The notes under the pieces are model-generated. The model had not been told where the DNA came from. It searched no databases and saw only the letters and a program-made list of their open reading frames with translations. Below are positions 38,500 to 47,857 of a stretch of 64,000 bases of DNA, piece by piece; within the stretch, counting starts at the first letter, position 1; each line of letters starts with the position of its first letter. A program made the position numbers and the translations under genes. The DNA lies in IMG/VR virus record IMGVR_UViG_3300005690_000024, positions 1 to 64,000 of that record; one strand, given 5' to 3'. Source of the stretch: a virus.

Positions 38500-38964
38500 A
38501 TGGAAAAGAACAGGGACTTTCTATTCCCTCGTCGTCAGCCGCGAATTGTTGAGGCTGGTGGAGGCGGAGGCGGTGGGGGAGGTGGTGCATTTATTAACTT
38601 CACTGTTGTCGATGTGTTCTGTCCAGGCGATTATGACAACGATGACCCAGACAACCGATTTTACGTAGAGGCGACGGTCGATGCTTACAGTGCTTCATGC
38701 ACAGCGGCTCCTTATGGGTTCGATGAGTACACAAATACCATTCGTGTTTACGATTCTTGCATTCTTCAGTATTACACAGAGGATCAGTTGCTCGGTATAG
38801 GAACAATAACAGGACTACCACTTTCAGGGTTTGCGGTTCTGATGCGTCCGTTTCGCACAGGAGAGTGTGTCCCGTACTGGGAGTGTAAGTCAGTCTGCGG
38901 TGAGCCAACCTGCGGTAACTCATGGTCGCCTCCTGATCCCGACGAAGAGGAAATTGAAGAATGA
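38500..38964 (+). CDS. Tail-associated protein with poly-Gly linker
   Basis: G9 tract; Cys-rich C-terminus. Confidence 0.5.
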   Translation: MEKNRDFLFPRRQPRIVEAGGGGGGGGGGAFINFTVVDVFCPGDYDNDDPDNRFYVEATVDAYSASCTAAPYGFDEYTNTIRVYDSCILQYYTEDQLLGIGTITGLPLSGFAVLMRPFRTGECVPYWECKSVCGEPTCGNSWSPPDPDEEEIEE

Positions 38965-41045
38965 GTACTGTCGGGCCAAATCTCGGTATGGGGCCTGTTC
39001 ATTATCAGGTCCACAAGATCAAGAAGTGCGACGAAAAGGTTATTGATTCGTGCAAGTCAAGCACAGGCTGTTGCGCTGTTGTTTCGTGCGAGTATTGCCT
39101 GAAATGGGAGGCATATGGTGAGGAGCCTGTCTTTGGTTTAGCCTCGTCGACAGGTGAGGGGGGTATCACTGGTGAGGTCGATGGGATGGAGTTTGTCGCT
39201 GATTGGGTTCGACGCGACACGCCAGTCATTGAGGATGAATACGAAAACTCAGTCGGAATGCGTTTTGCGAAGATACCCGCTGGCGCGTTTTATATGGGCA
39301 GCCCAGAGGATGAAGTTGGTCGTGACGCCGATGAAGAACGAGTACTGATTAACTTCGAAGACGACTTCACGCTTCAGACGACACAAGTCACTCAGGTACA
39401 GTACGAAGCAGTCGTTGGTTCCAATCCCAGTACATTTCTCGACCCAGCCAATCCTGTCGAGACACTCACCTACGCACAGGCTCAGGCGTTCTGTTCAATC
39501 CTGTCCTCTCTCCCGGAAGAGATAGCAGCAGGCCGATCGTATCGCTTGCCTACAGAAGCAGAGTGGGAGTATGGATGTCGAGCACGTTTGGAGACGCCAT
39601 ATAATTACGGGACAGATCCTGGACTGCTTTCAGATAACGCATGGTTCGAAGACAACAGTGGGGGTATGACGCATCCTGTCGGAGAGAAGTCTGCTAACAG
39701 GTGGGGCCTGAGCGACATGCACGGGAACGTCTGGGAGTGGGCGAGCAAATCCCGTCTGGGCGGAACGGAGACTGACCAAGTAATACGCGGCGGTGCATAC
39801 GACTCGCCGGAGGAAGAGTGTCGTTCTGCTGAACGGGAACTTGTTCCAGAGGACATAGCGGAGAGTAACATTGGCTTCCGTGTTCTGATGGTGCCGACAC
39901 CCCAGATTCAATCGATGTGTTTTCTTGATGTCTACGTCAACGATGTCCTGCAGGCTCAAATCCCGCTCTGTGGTGAAACCGGCGTGACATGCCGAAACCT
40001 GTCGTACATCCTTGGTCAACTGGTCACGAAGAATGACTATTACGGATACGAGACTGAGCCGGGGGAACTGAGTTGGACGCGACGAGAACTCAGGCCGATG
40101 CCGCTTCGCAAGGATGAGTTTCTTTGCACGCACAAATTCTGTGGGAACTGTGACTGCACATGCCGCGAGCTGTGCGTTACCTTCACAATACCGGCTGTCT
40201 ACATTGGGCTTGATGATGATCTGACTTGCACGACAGTTCTTGCAGAGTCTGAGTACCAGACAGATTGCGACGGTCCAGTGTGGGAAGGTGAGGTTCAGTG
40301 CGGCGACAAAACGAAGTATCTGTCGTTTGCGATTGAAAAGGATGTGTATTCGGACGACTGTGTTTTTGTCGCACAGGTCAATGATGAGGAGATCACGTAT
40401 CCGCTGTACGATTGCAGCGATATCGACTTCACTTTTGAACTTGAGGATGGCACATCGATCACAGTTCGCTGCAAGGGTTGCGAAGAATGTGAAGAGGTTT
40501 GCCCAGACGATGCATGTGCGTGTGAGTTCTCGACACCAACGTGTGTGCGTGGTGATATTGTGTCGACGACAGAACCGGATGACGAGTGTGCTGGTGATGT
40601 TGTTGCTGGAAGTCCGATCACCGTTCCTGGCGGTTGGGATAAACCGTGGGTTGAAGGCGAAGACACAGCGAATCAGTACATTTTCGATGGGTTCAATATC
40701 ACAATTCCATGTGGCCTTGACCCGCTTGCTCTGATTGGCGTCTTGGTTCGCAGAAGCCCGAACCCAACCGAGGATGCTCCGGGAGTCGATTACAATATCG
40801 TCGAGCCGTGTGATTATTACTTGGTCATGTACGATGCACTTGGTAATGTGGCGAGTATCAATTACTCCTACGCCCTGTGCTGCTCACCAGCGTTCGCATC
40901 TCCGCTTTGTACAACGCGACTTGTTTGGATAAAGTTCTCTGGCGTCCCGGCTGGGCGTGGCGTGTATGACTTCATCTTCTGGCGACCTCGCGGAACTGAC
41001 CTGATCACTTCTTGTGGAATGGATGAAAACCCATGCGAATCGTAG
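38961..41045 (+). CDS. Cys-rich tail protein with embedded FGE-sulfatase (SUMF1 / C-type lectin fold) domain
   Basis: IPAGAFYMGS, YRLPTEAEWEY, GLSDMHGNVWEW, VIRGG, IGFRV at ~39258-39897. Confidence 0.85.
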   Translation: MSTVGPNLGMGPVHYQVHKIKKCDEKVIDSCKSSTGCCAVVSCEYCLKWEAYGEEPVFGLASSTGEGGITGEVDGMEFVADWVRRDTPVIEDEYENSVGMRFAKIPAGAFYMGSPEDEVGRDADEERVLINFEDDFTLQTTQVTQVQYEAVVGSNPSTFLDPANPVETLTYAQAQAFCSILSSLPEEIAAGRSYRLPTEAEWEYGCRARLETPYNYGTDPGLLSDNAWFEDNSGGMTHPVGEKSANRWGLSDMHGNVWEWASKSRLGGTETDQVIRGGAYDSPEEECRSAERELVPEDIAESNIGFRVLMVPTPQIQSMCFLDVYVNDVLQAQIPLCGETGVTCRNLSYILGQLVTKNDYYGYETEPGELSWTRRELRPMPLRKDEFLCTHKFCGNCDCTCRELCVTFTIPAVYIGLDDDLTCTTVLAESEYQTDCDGPVWEGEVQCGDKTKYLSFAIEKDVYSDDCVFVAQVNDEEITYPLYDCSDIDFTFELEDGTSITVRCKGCEECEEVCPDDACACEFSTPTCVRGDIVSTTEPDDECAGDVVAGSPITVPGGWDKPWVEGEDTANQYIFDGFNITIPCGLDPLALIGVLVRRSPNPTEDAPGVDYNIVEPCDYYLVMYDALGNVASINYSYALCCSPAFASPLCTTRLVWIKFSGVPAGRGVYDFIFWRPRGTDLITSCGMDENPCES

Positions 41046-41156
41046 TGGCGGAAATCTTCCTTGTGTGTGGCGTTGTTTTGTGTGCGGCAATGGTTGCAGC
41101 AGCGGTAACAACATGGGCGACACTGCCTGAGTATGTGCATCACGTTCGGAGGTAAC

Positions 41157-42596
41157 ATGGGGCTGACTCGCAAATTTATGAACGAGCACGGGCGATGGGT
41201 CCGCGAGCACACGCCAACGTCGCGTGAGACACGGGCGATTCATCGCGCAAGTCGACGGACGATTCGGGAACCTGTCGGCACTGCAATGACTCGGCGGATT
41301 GAGGGATTGATCGGAGTGCGTGGCGGTAAGGGATGTGACTGCAAAGACATCGCACAGAAGATGGATCTTTGGGGAATCACTGGCTGTGAAAAACACCGTA
41401 CGTCAATCATTAACGCAATCCTCGCCAACCGCGAAAAACTGGAAGTGTCACTTCGCACTGCGGCTGTTGAATTCACAAAGTCGGAAGGGATTGTCGAAGC
41501 AGCATCACTCGGGCTGAAACTCGTCGGCGACTGGTGGCATCACAAGGATGTTCAGACAGAAGCGTTTACCCGTGGTGCGCATTGGCTGCTGGATAAGTCG
41601 ATCGAAGATGTTCGAAATGGTGTTGTCACCACGTCGGGAATCGTTAGGAAGCCTCCAGCACAGCAGCCTGCGCAATCAGGCCCCACTCGCAGGCGTCGTC
41701 GTGGTTTCTTCCGATCAGATGGGAATTATCCTCGATTCATCACCACACAGCAGTTCCAGCACGACATCAAGACACTGGTCGGTCTGATTCCGCCAGACAT
41801 CACAGCAATCGCAGGCGTGGCTCGTTCTGGTCTATCGGCGGCGACGATGATCAGCATGTATCTTCATCTGCCAATGATCACGATCCGGCAGACGATGAAT
41901 GACATTGTCCCGACTGGGAATGGATGGCGTCTCGGCGGTTCACGTCACGTTGACCCAAAAGGAAAGATACTTGTCGTCGATGATACTGTGATGACAGGGA
42001 ACAGTTTGAAAGCAATCCGACCGCTGGTGCAATCACAGCTCGGCAACGCGGTCTACGCGACGGTCTACTGCAATCCGCACGCAGCGCACAAACCGGACAT
42101 CTTCGCGGTCAGTCTCGGTTGGCCGCATATGCTGGAGTGGAATATTTTCAATTCGATTCTGTCGCCATCTGTGGCGATGGACTTCGACGGAATTCTATGT
42201 CAGGACTGCCCCGCTGGATCGGATGATGATGGCGAACGATACCTCGACTTCATCCAGAATGCTCGCCCGCTTTACGTTCCTCGCCGATGCCCTGTTCCCC
42301 TGATCGTGACGGCGAGAATTGAGAAGTATCGCAAGCCGACTGAGGAATGGTTGAGGCGTCACGGTATCAGTTGGCACAAACTGGTGATGCATCCGGCGAA
42401 GACTCTGCGGGAGCGGCAGAAGGATAACATCCCGGCGTACAAGGCAAAGCATTATTCAGACTGGGCACTCAAGCACAGACCAACTCCTGGCCCGATTGTG
42501 TTCATGGAATCAGAGGACTGGCAGGCACAGAGGATTGCTCAGATTTCGGGGCGAATGGCAGTTTGCCCATCAACAGCAGGAGTCTACTTGAAGTGA
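41157..42596 (+). CDS. Fusion: Cys-motif N-terminal domain + type I phosphoribosyltransferase + HAD-like domain
   Basis: GVARSG; PRPP-binding ILVVDDTVMTGNS; AMDFDGIL; LIVTAR. Confidence 0.8.
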   Translation: MGLTRKFMNEHGRWVREHTPTSRETRAIHRASRRTIREPVGTAMTRRIEGLIGVRGGKGCDCKDIAQKMDLWGITGCEKHRTSIINAILANREKLEVSLRTAAVEFTKSEGIVEAASLGLKLVGDWWHHKDVQTEAFTRGAHWLLDKSIEDVRNGVVTTSGIVRKPPAQQPAQSGPTRRRRRGFFRSDGNYPRFITTQQFQHDIKTLVGLIPPDITAIAGVARSGLSAATMISMYLHLPMITIRQTMNDIVPTGNGWRLGGSRHVDPKGKILVVDDTVMTGNSLKAIRPLVQSQLGNAVYATVYCNPHAAHKPDIFAVSLGWPHMLEWNIFNSILSPSVAMDFDGILCQDCPAGSDDDGERYLDFIQNARPLYVPRRCPVPLIVTARIEKYRKPTEEWLRRHGISWHKLVMHPAKTLRERQKDNIPAYKAKHYSDWALKHRPTPGPIVFMESEDWQAQRIAQISGRMAVCPSTAGVYLK

Positions 42597-43264
42597 AAGA
42601 ATTCGGTGTCGTCTACATCCACTCGGGTGGAATCTGGTCTGAGATCTGCGAAGTTAGTCAGACTACTTTACCAAAGGGTACTGAGATCACTGTGCTTCGT
42701 GTCGCAAACCATGAGGAGAGCCTGCGAGTCAGGTTATCTCTGGCTGGAGATCTCCCGTACCGGCGAACGCTGTATCTCGACTGTGACACTGTGTATTGTC
42801 AGAAGGCTTTCCCGGAGTGGCTGACGCAGAAGTTGATTCCCACAGGCATAACAATGTCGGCATGGCGAGTCACAAATCAGGTTTGGTCCTGGCCCTCATC
42901 ATGGGCTGGGGAGTTTTGTTCGATTGAGGAATTGGTTCGCCTGCCGCATTGGTTCCGCACACCAAACGCAGGTCTGATGCTTCTGGAGAGCCATTGTGAT
43001 CCAATGCTGACGCGGTGGCGGGAATCATGGCAGTCGCTTGCGACTCCGCTTATTGAGCCTGCGTATGCGGATGCGTTCGCAAATTTACCACAACAGTTTG
43101 ATTTGCTGCCTGCAGACTTTCATGTCCCATCAACCAATGTGGGGCAGGACTTCATCCGGCTTCCTGAATACCATTTCATTCACGCCATTGTTCCGACACA
43201 TCGAAAGATTGACGAGATGTTCCGAGTTCTCACTGAGGCAGACCAATGTCACGCGATGAAGTAA
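42593..43264 (+). CDS. Nucleotide-diphospho-sugar transferase (GT-A / GT8-like)
   Basis: TLYLDCDTV DxD motif; PNAGLML. Confidence 0.65.
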   Translation: MKEFGVVYIHSGGIWSEICEVSQTTLPKGTEITVLRVANHEESLRVRLSLAGDLPYRRTLYLDCDTVYCQKAFPEWLTQKLIPTGITMSAWRVTNQVWSWPSSWAGEFCSIEELVRLPHWFRTPNAGLMLLESHCDPMLTRWRESWQSLATPLIEPAYADAFANLPQQFDLLPADFHVPSTNVGQDFIRLPEYHFIHAIVPTHRKIDEMFRVLTEADQCHAMK

Positions 43265-43785
43265 TTCAGCAATGTTACCTCGTTCCTGGTCAGACATGGC
43301 CGACAGAACTTGGGTGGCTATACGATGAGATTCAGCACAGCAAGTCACATGCGGAGATAGGAACATTCTGTGGGCGATCACTACTTGCGAGTTGCGGAGG
43401 GATGTTGCCAAGTGCTCAAGTAGTATCTGTCGATAATTTCAGTGACTGGGTGAACAAGGAGTGGGTCGAATCTGTGATAGATGCGACACTGAGGTTGATT
43501 CGGCAACCCGTTCGCAGCATGCGAATGCATTCCTGCGATGCAGGGAGAATCCTTTACAAAGAGGGTTGCAGGTTTGACTCAGTATTTATTGATGGAGACC
43601 ATCATTACGCAGAGTGCAAAGCGGACATTCAGGTGTGGTCTGAGCTGATTAAGCCAGGTGGTTTGATTTGTGGGCATGATTACTGGGCGAAGGATGTTGG
43701 CGTGATGGATGCTGTCAATGAGTGCCTTCCCGGCTTTCAGGTGTTCAGCGGCACAAGAATCTGGTTTAAGCGATTGGGGAGATAG
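43246..43785 (+). CDS. Class I SAM-dependent methyltransferase (Methyltransf_24-like)
   Basis: AEIGTFCGRS, FIDGDHHY, IKPGGLICGHDY. Confidence 0.85.
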   Translation: MSRDEVIQQCYLVPGQTWPTELGWLYDEIQHSKSHAEIGTFCGRSLLASCGGMLPSAQVVSVDNFSDWVNKEWVESVIDATLRLIRQPVRSMRMHSCDAGRILYKEGCRFDSVFIDGDHHYAECKADIQVWSELIKPGGLICGHDYWAKDVGVMDAVNECLPGFQVFSGTRIWFKRLGR

Positions 43786-43787
43786 AA

Positions 43788-44054
43788 ATGGAAGATGTTC
43801 CTGTTGTGCTGCAAGTCGCCGTTTCTGCCTGTTCTGATGGGCGATGCGGGAGAAAGGTACTGACGAAGCAGGTCCTGATGTGGGACACAATGCTTCCTGT
43901 AGTTGGCGATATTGTTGAAACGCAGACACAACCTGTCTCAATGCGCCTGCGTGTTATTGGGCGGCTATGGGCACTTCGTCACCCAACGTTGATCTGCAAG
44001 CCAGTGAAGTCGTTCTCTGTTCAAAATCTGATTGATGTGGGCTTTGAAGAATAA
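43788..44054 (+). CDS. Hypothetical protein
   Basis: ORF ending before terminator. Confidence 0.5.
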   Translation: MEDVPVVLQVAVSACSDGRCGRKVLTKQVLMWDTMLPVVGDIVETQTQPVSMRLRVIGRLWALRHPTLICKPVKSFSVQNLIDVGFEE

Positions 44055-44077
44055 GTCGCGTCGTGTTTCCGTTTTAC

Positions 44078-44111
44078 AAGGGCATCCCTGTTTATCAGGG
44101 GTGCCCTTTTT
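44078..44111 (+). terminator. Rho-independent terminator
   Basis: AAGGGCATCCCTG-TTTAT-CAGGGGTGCCCTT then TTT. Confidence 0.8.
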
Positions 44112-44228
44112 CGTTTGTGGGCAGTAGCGGTCTCATATTGTGAGTCAATCTTGTCCAATCGCGCGGTGATCATCGATTTTGCGTCAAAATAGCGGTCAGG
44201 TCAGAATCTGATTTTGAGAGAGTGCGCC

Positions 44229-44561
44229 ATGTCAACAGCAGTCGGAGACATCACTGTGCGTCAGAGCAGCAGTAACAATAGCCAGATATACATCACAAAC
44301 TTGGCATTGAAGGTTCTTGGTGCAATTGGCTCAATCGCCCTCGTTGGCCTGATTGGCTGGATGGGTTCCATCGAGTCTCGCATGTCGGCATTGGCAGAGT
44401 CCAGTCGGGGCGTCCAGCAGGAGCAAATCAGCCTTCGGACAAACAATGATGAGTTGAAGAAGTCGATCGACAAGATCAGTGATACGGTGAATCAAATTTC
44501 GGTTGGTGTGGCTGCGCTGCAACGCGACGTGGCTCACCTGAGTGAGAAGCAGGCTAAGTAA
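44229..44561 (+). CDS. Single-TM coiled-coil protein (holin / XhlA-like)
   Basis: One TM followed by coiled coil. Confidence 0.55.
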   Translation: MSTAVGDITVRQSSSNNSQIYITNLALKVLGAIGSIALVGLIGWMGSIESRMSALAESSRGVQQEQISLRTNNDELKKSIDKISDTVNQISVGVAALQRDVAHLSEKQAK

Positions 44562-44566
44562 AGGGG

Positions 44567-44818
44567 ATGACTGTGGATGTGCTGGTGAAGAAGGTGAGAG
44601 AAGCCATGAGTGCTGTAAAGAAGGGTAGTTGGAAGACTACTGTGGCTGGAGTGCTGACTGGAGTTGCATCACTCGCAATGCAGTTGTCGTACTTTCTTGA
44701 CGACAATCCATCTACGGTGGTGAATTTCAATGAGGTTTGGATCGCATTGGGCGTGCTGAGCGTTGGCTTGGCGGCAAGAGACAATTCTGTGTCCAGCGAA
44801 CAGGATGGCGTGAAATAG
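44567..44818 (+). CDS. Holin-like two-TM protein
   Basis: SWKTTVAG...GLAARDNSVSSE pattern of small phage membrane proteins. Confidence 0.6.
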   Translation: MTVDVLVKKVREAMSAVKKGSWKTTVAGVLTGVASLAMQLSYFLDDNPSTVVNFNEVWIALGVLSVGLAARDNSVSSEQDGVK

Positions 44819-44827
44819 GAGACGGTT

Positions 44828-45316
44828 ATGTTTGGGGTGAGTGCTGAAATGGCCCGCTACATTGGAGCGGGCCTTATTGCTGTAATCTGGGTGCTGAAGT
44901 TGTCTGCACCGTATTTGAAGGCTGCTGCAAAGAGCGCAGCGAAGCGAGTGTCGGCATTGTGGCCGAAGGTGAATCAGAAGACGAATGTTCTGAGTGCCTG
45001 GCCACTGATCGGCATCCTGCTGATCCTGTGCGTACCTGTGCCTGGGTCAAAGTGTCCAGTCCCTGAGCCTGTAAAGCCGCCCGATATTGTGGCGAAGTGC
45101 AGTGAGGCCAATCGGGTGCTGATTGCAGAGCAGATCCGCAAGTTCTCGGGTGAGAAGTATGAGACTGTACAGGCGGCTGAAGACGCTATGAATCAGAAGA
45201 TTCTGGAGGCGTATCAGGCGAGCTACGAACCGTTGTTCCAGAAGATCAATGAGGCTCGCAAGGCAGACAAGTTGGTTGAGTTTGCTGGTCAGATTGAAAA
45301 AGGGGAAATCCAGTGA
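44828..45316 (+). CDS. Membrane-anchored hypothetical protein
   Basis: Two hydrophobic segments then Pro-rich linker. Confidence 0.55.
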   Translation: MFGVSAEMARYIGAGLIAVIWVLKLSAPYLKAAAKSAAKRVSALWPKVNQKTNVLSAWPLIGILLILCVPVPGSKCPVPEPVKPPDIVAKCSEANRVLIAEQIRKFSGEKYETVQAAEDAMNQKILEAYQASYEPLFQKINEARKADKLVEFAGQIEKGEIQ

Positions 45317-46167
45317 GTGAATTCACCGGGTACGAACTAGGGTGTGAAGATTGGGAAGCACTCAAGCGGGAGTGTGTTGATATCGACTTTGCACAACTTG
45401 TGCAGGGTGATGAGAAGCCGCAGCCGCGCGGGATGGTTGAGTTGTTCAAGAAGTACAATGTGCGGCGTGATCAGGGCGGGATCGGCAGTTGTGCTGGGTT
45501 CGGTCTGTGCCATGCGGCGGCGTCGTGCTTCTACATGCAGGCGGGTAACTTCCGAATCTTCAACCCGATGTGGACCTACAAGTTGGGTCAGAAGATCTTC
45601 GGGACTCGTGGTGCGCAATCGGGCACGTCTATTCATTCGGTGGTCACGTCTGGGAAGCGGGACGGGCTGTTGCCTGAAGATATCGAGCGGGATGGCAAGG
45701 TTGAGTTCCCGTATTCGGATCGTGCTTACGATAAGGCGTTTCCAGCGTCGGCTGCTGGTATTGCCCAGAACTGGAAGATCGGTTTCGCGGTTCGGCTGAC
45801 GAGCTGGGATGCGATGGTGAAGGGGATTACTTCAGGCATTCTGAGCATCGTGACGGGAGGCGACTGGGGAAATTGGGCGCACGACAAAAATGGGGTATGC
45901 CGCAAGTTTCGTAGGGGCGGTGGTGGCCACGCTCGATGTTACAACGACATCAAATACCTCCCGAACGGCGAGTTGACTCTGTGTGAGCCAAACAGTCACT
46001 ACAAGACTTGGGGTGACGACGGTTGGACGTATCACACACGGGAGTTTGTTGAGGCTCAACTGGAGTCGCCGAGTTTCGTGGCGATTGGGATCAGCGATCT
46101 GACATTGGGTCCAGACCTTGTGTTGCCGAAGCCGCGTAAGGTTCCTCGGTTTGTGAAGTTTGATTGA
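45313..46167 (+). CDS. Papain-like cysteine peptidase (C1A-like)
   Basis: RDQGGIGSCAGF (Gln and catalytic Cys), GGGGHARC (His), PNSHYKTWGDDG (NSWG equivalent). Confidence 0.8.
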   Translation: MSEFTGYELGCEDWEALKRECVDIDFAQLVQGDEKPQPRGMVELFKKYNVRRDQGGIGSCAGFGLCHAAASCFYMQAGNFRIFNPMWTYKLGQKIFGTRGAQSGTSIHSVVTSGKRDGLLPEDIERDGKVEFPYSDRAYDKAFPASAAGIAQNWKIGFAVRLTSWDAMVKGITSGILSIVTGGDWGNWAHDKNGVCRKFRRGGGGHARCYNDIKYLPNGELTLCEPNSHYKTWGDDGWTYHTREFVEAQLESPSFVAIGISDLTLGPDLVLPKPRKVPRFVKFD

Positions 46168-46170
46168 TTT

Positions 46171-46189
46171 CGTATAGGCACTGTGGGAG
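46171..46189 (+). promoter_or_regulatory. CGTATAG motif copy with GGGAG
   Basis: CGTATAGGCACTGTGGGAG then ATG 46196. Confidence 0.7.
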
Positions 46190-46195
46190 GCTGAC

Positions 46196-47329
46196 ATGGG
46201 AATTCTATTGTGGGCAATGCTGCTGTTGTTTCAGGACTCTGTGAGTGAGGCTAAGGCCCGCCTGTCGCTCATAGAGACTCAGCGTAAGCAGAGTGAGGCG
46301 ATCGCCGCACAAGTGGCTGAGAAAGCCGCACAGGAACTGGCAGAGGCTAATGCCAAGGCAGTCCAAGAGCAGGCGGTACAAGAGGCACAGGCTGCGGTAG
46401 AGGCAGATGCCTTTGAAGAGGTCAAGGAAGAGGTTGAGCAAGAACCGCAACCCGTCATAACATTTGAGCGGGCGGTTCAGTCGGCCAGCGTGATGCGGCG
46501 CAGCGAGAAGATCGTTACCGAGAACTGGTTGGTGACGACGGCGTATTGTCCCGCTTGTCCAGCGGCAAAGGCACGGTTCAAGAAGGCTGGTAATCCAGAG
46601 AGTCGGATCATCTCGCCGCAGCAGGCGTTTGATCTTCACGGTCAGGTGGTGAAGTCTGTGCCGTTCGAGTACGAGGTGAAGGTTGCAACGGTGTTGCTAC
46701 AGCCTCCGACGTATCGCCTGGCTAACAAGATGAAGTCGACGCTGGATGGGAATCATACTCCAAGCAAGTCGGCTATTCTGAAGCATCTGAGGACTGGTGG
46801 TCCACATGCTGGTAAGCATTGGCAGCAGTGGAATCTGGAAGTCTGGGATGTGAAGCAGTTGTATGCTTTGCATGATGATGATCACGATGATGTTGTGCCA
46901 ACATTTGAGGCAGAAGATGTTGTTGTTGCGACTGTGGAGAACAGCCGTGGTGTCCAAGACGTTGTGGCAGCTTTGGCGGCTCACCTGATCGAGAGTTCTG
47001 GGCAGAAGCAGGATGAGCAGGCGTACGGTTCGTTCTTTGATTTTGAAGTCGATGTGCCTGATACGGTTCGTGACGCGATTGCGAAAGTACTCACGTCGAA
47101 GTCGATGTCATTCCCGAGTGCTGGGCTGAAGGTTGACTGGAGTGGCGATTCTCGATCACTGATTCTAGGGAAGGACAAGATTGAGATCAGTCCGCCCGTG
47201 ACGGTGTCGGTCAACAAGTGGGTGTTCAGTTACTCAGCGTCGTTGCGTGGGATGTGGTACGAACCTGATCTGAGTTCCGTGACATTCGATTTGCAGGGTG
47301 CGCCTGACCTGAAAGTGGTGTTGAAGTGA
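46196..47329 (+). CDS. Secreted protein with CxxC (thioredoxin-like) motif
   Basis: Signal peptide; TTAYCPACPAAK; HLRTGGPH...LHDDDH. Confidence 0.55.
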   Translation: MGILLWAMLLLFQDSVSEAKARLSLIETQRKQSEAIAAQVAEKAAQELAEANAKAVQEQAVQEAQAAVEADAFEEVKEEVEQEPQPVITFERAVQSASVMRRSEKIVTENWLVTTAYCPACPAAKARFKKAGNPESRIISPQQAFDLHGQVVKSVPFEYEVKVATVLLQPPTYRLANKMKSTLDGNHTPSKSAILKHLRTGGPHAGKHWQQWNLEVWDVKQLYALHDDDHDDVVPTFEAEDVVVATVENSRGVQDVVAALAAHLIESSGQKQDEQAYGSFFDFEVDVPDTVRDAIAKVLTSKSMSFPSAGLKVDWSGDSRSLILGKDKIEISPPVTVSVNKWVFSYSASLRGMWYEPDLSSVTFDLQGAPDLKVVLK

Positions 47330-47655
47330 AGCGGAAACGAAGCGTCGTTGAGTGCTACAGCATTAAGGCAGATGCCATTGAGCGGTTCTGCCCCGTGACG
47401 AGCAACGGCAAGAAATCGTCTCGTGAAGCAGAGAAGATTGCGGCGTGGGTGGATTCGTTCACTACGAAGATGAACAGTGACAAGCCGTACGAGACTGTCG
47501 ATGAGGCAGTTGAGGCGTTGGCGCCGATCGCAATTACGCTGTTCGGGTTCATGTTTCGGTGGGCTATTCGGAAGTTGGCGATAGCGGTGATCAAGTTTTC
47601 GTGGTCACGGTGGCACGAACCAGTGAGCGTGACTGTGGGTGCGGGTTATCACTGA
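47326..47655 (+). CDS. Hypothetical membrane-associated protein
   Basis: GTGA overlap; amphipathic C-terminus. Confidence 0.5.
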   Translation: MKRKRSVVECYSIKADAIERFCPVTSNGKKSSREAEKIAAWVDSFTTKMNSDKPYETVDEAVEALAPIAITLFGFMFRWAIRKLAIAVIKFSWSRWHEPVSVTVGAGYH

Positions 47656-47857
47656 TGTCGTTTGTCAGTAGCTATACGATGGAACTTATGAAGGGTATCG
47701 GTTGTCCTGATACCCTTTTTTGCTGCGCCGTGGGAATATTGCGGAATTGCGAAGAATTGGGTGGGTCTTCGGTATAGGCTGTCTGTGTCGGCGGGATGCT
47801 GGCAGGGATTGCAGAAAGGAGAGGTTGTTCTACAATTCTGTTTTGAGGAGATTGCTT

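Noticed and set aside
39258-39897. Diversity-generating retroelement target (FGE / C-lectin fold)
   Set aside because: No reverse transcriptase and no template repeat of the domain's 3' end found in the window; the domain is mid-protein rather than C-terminal.
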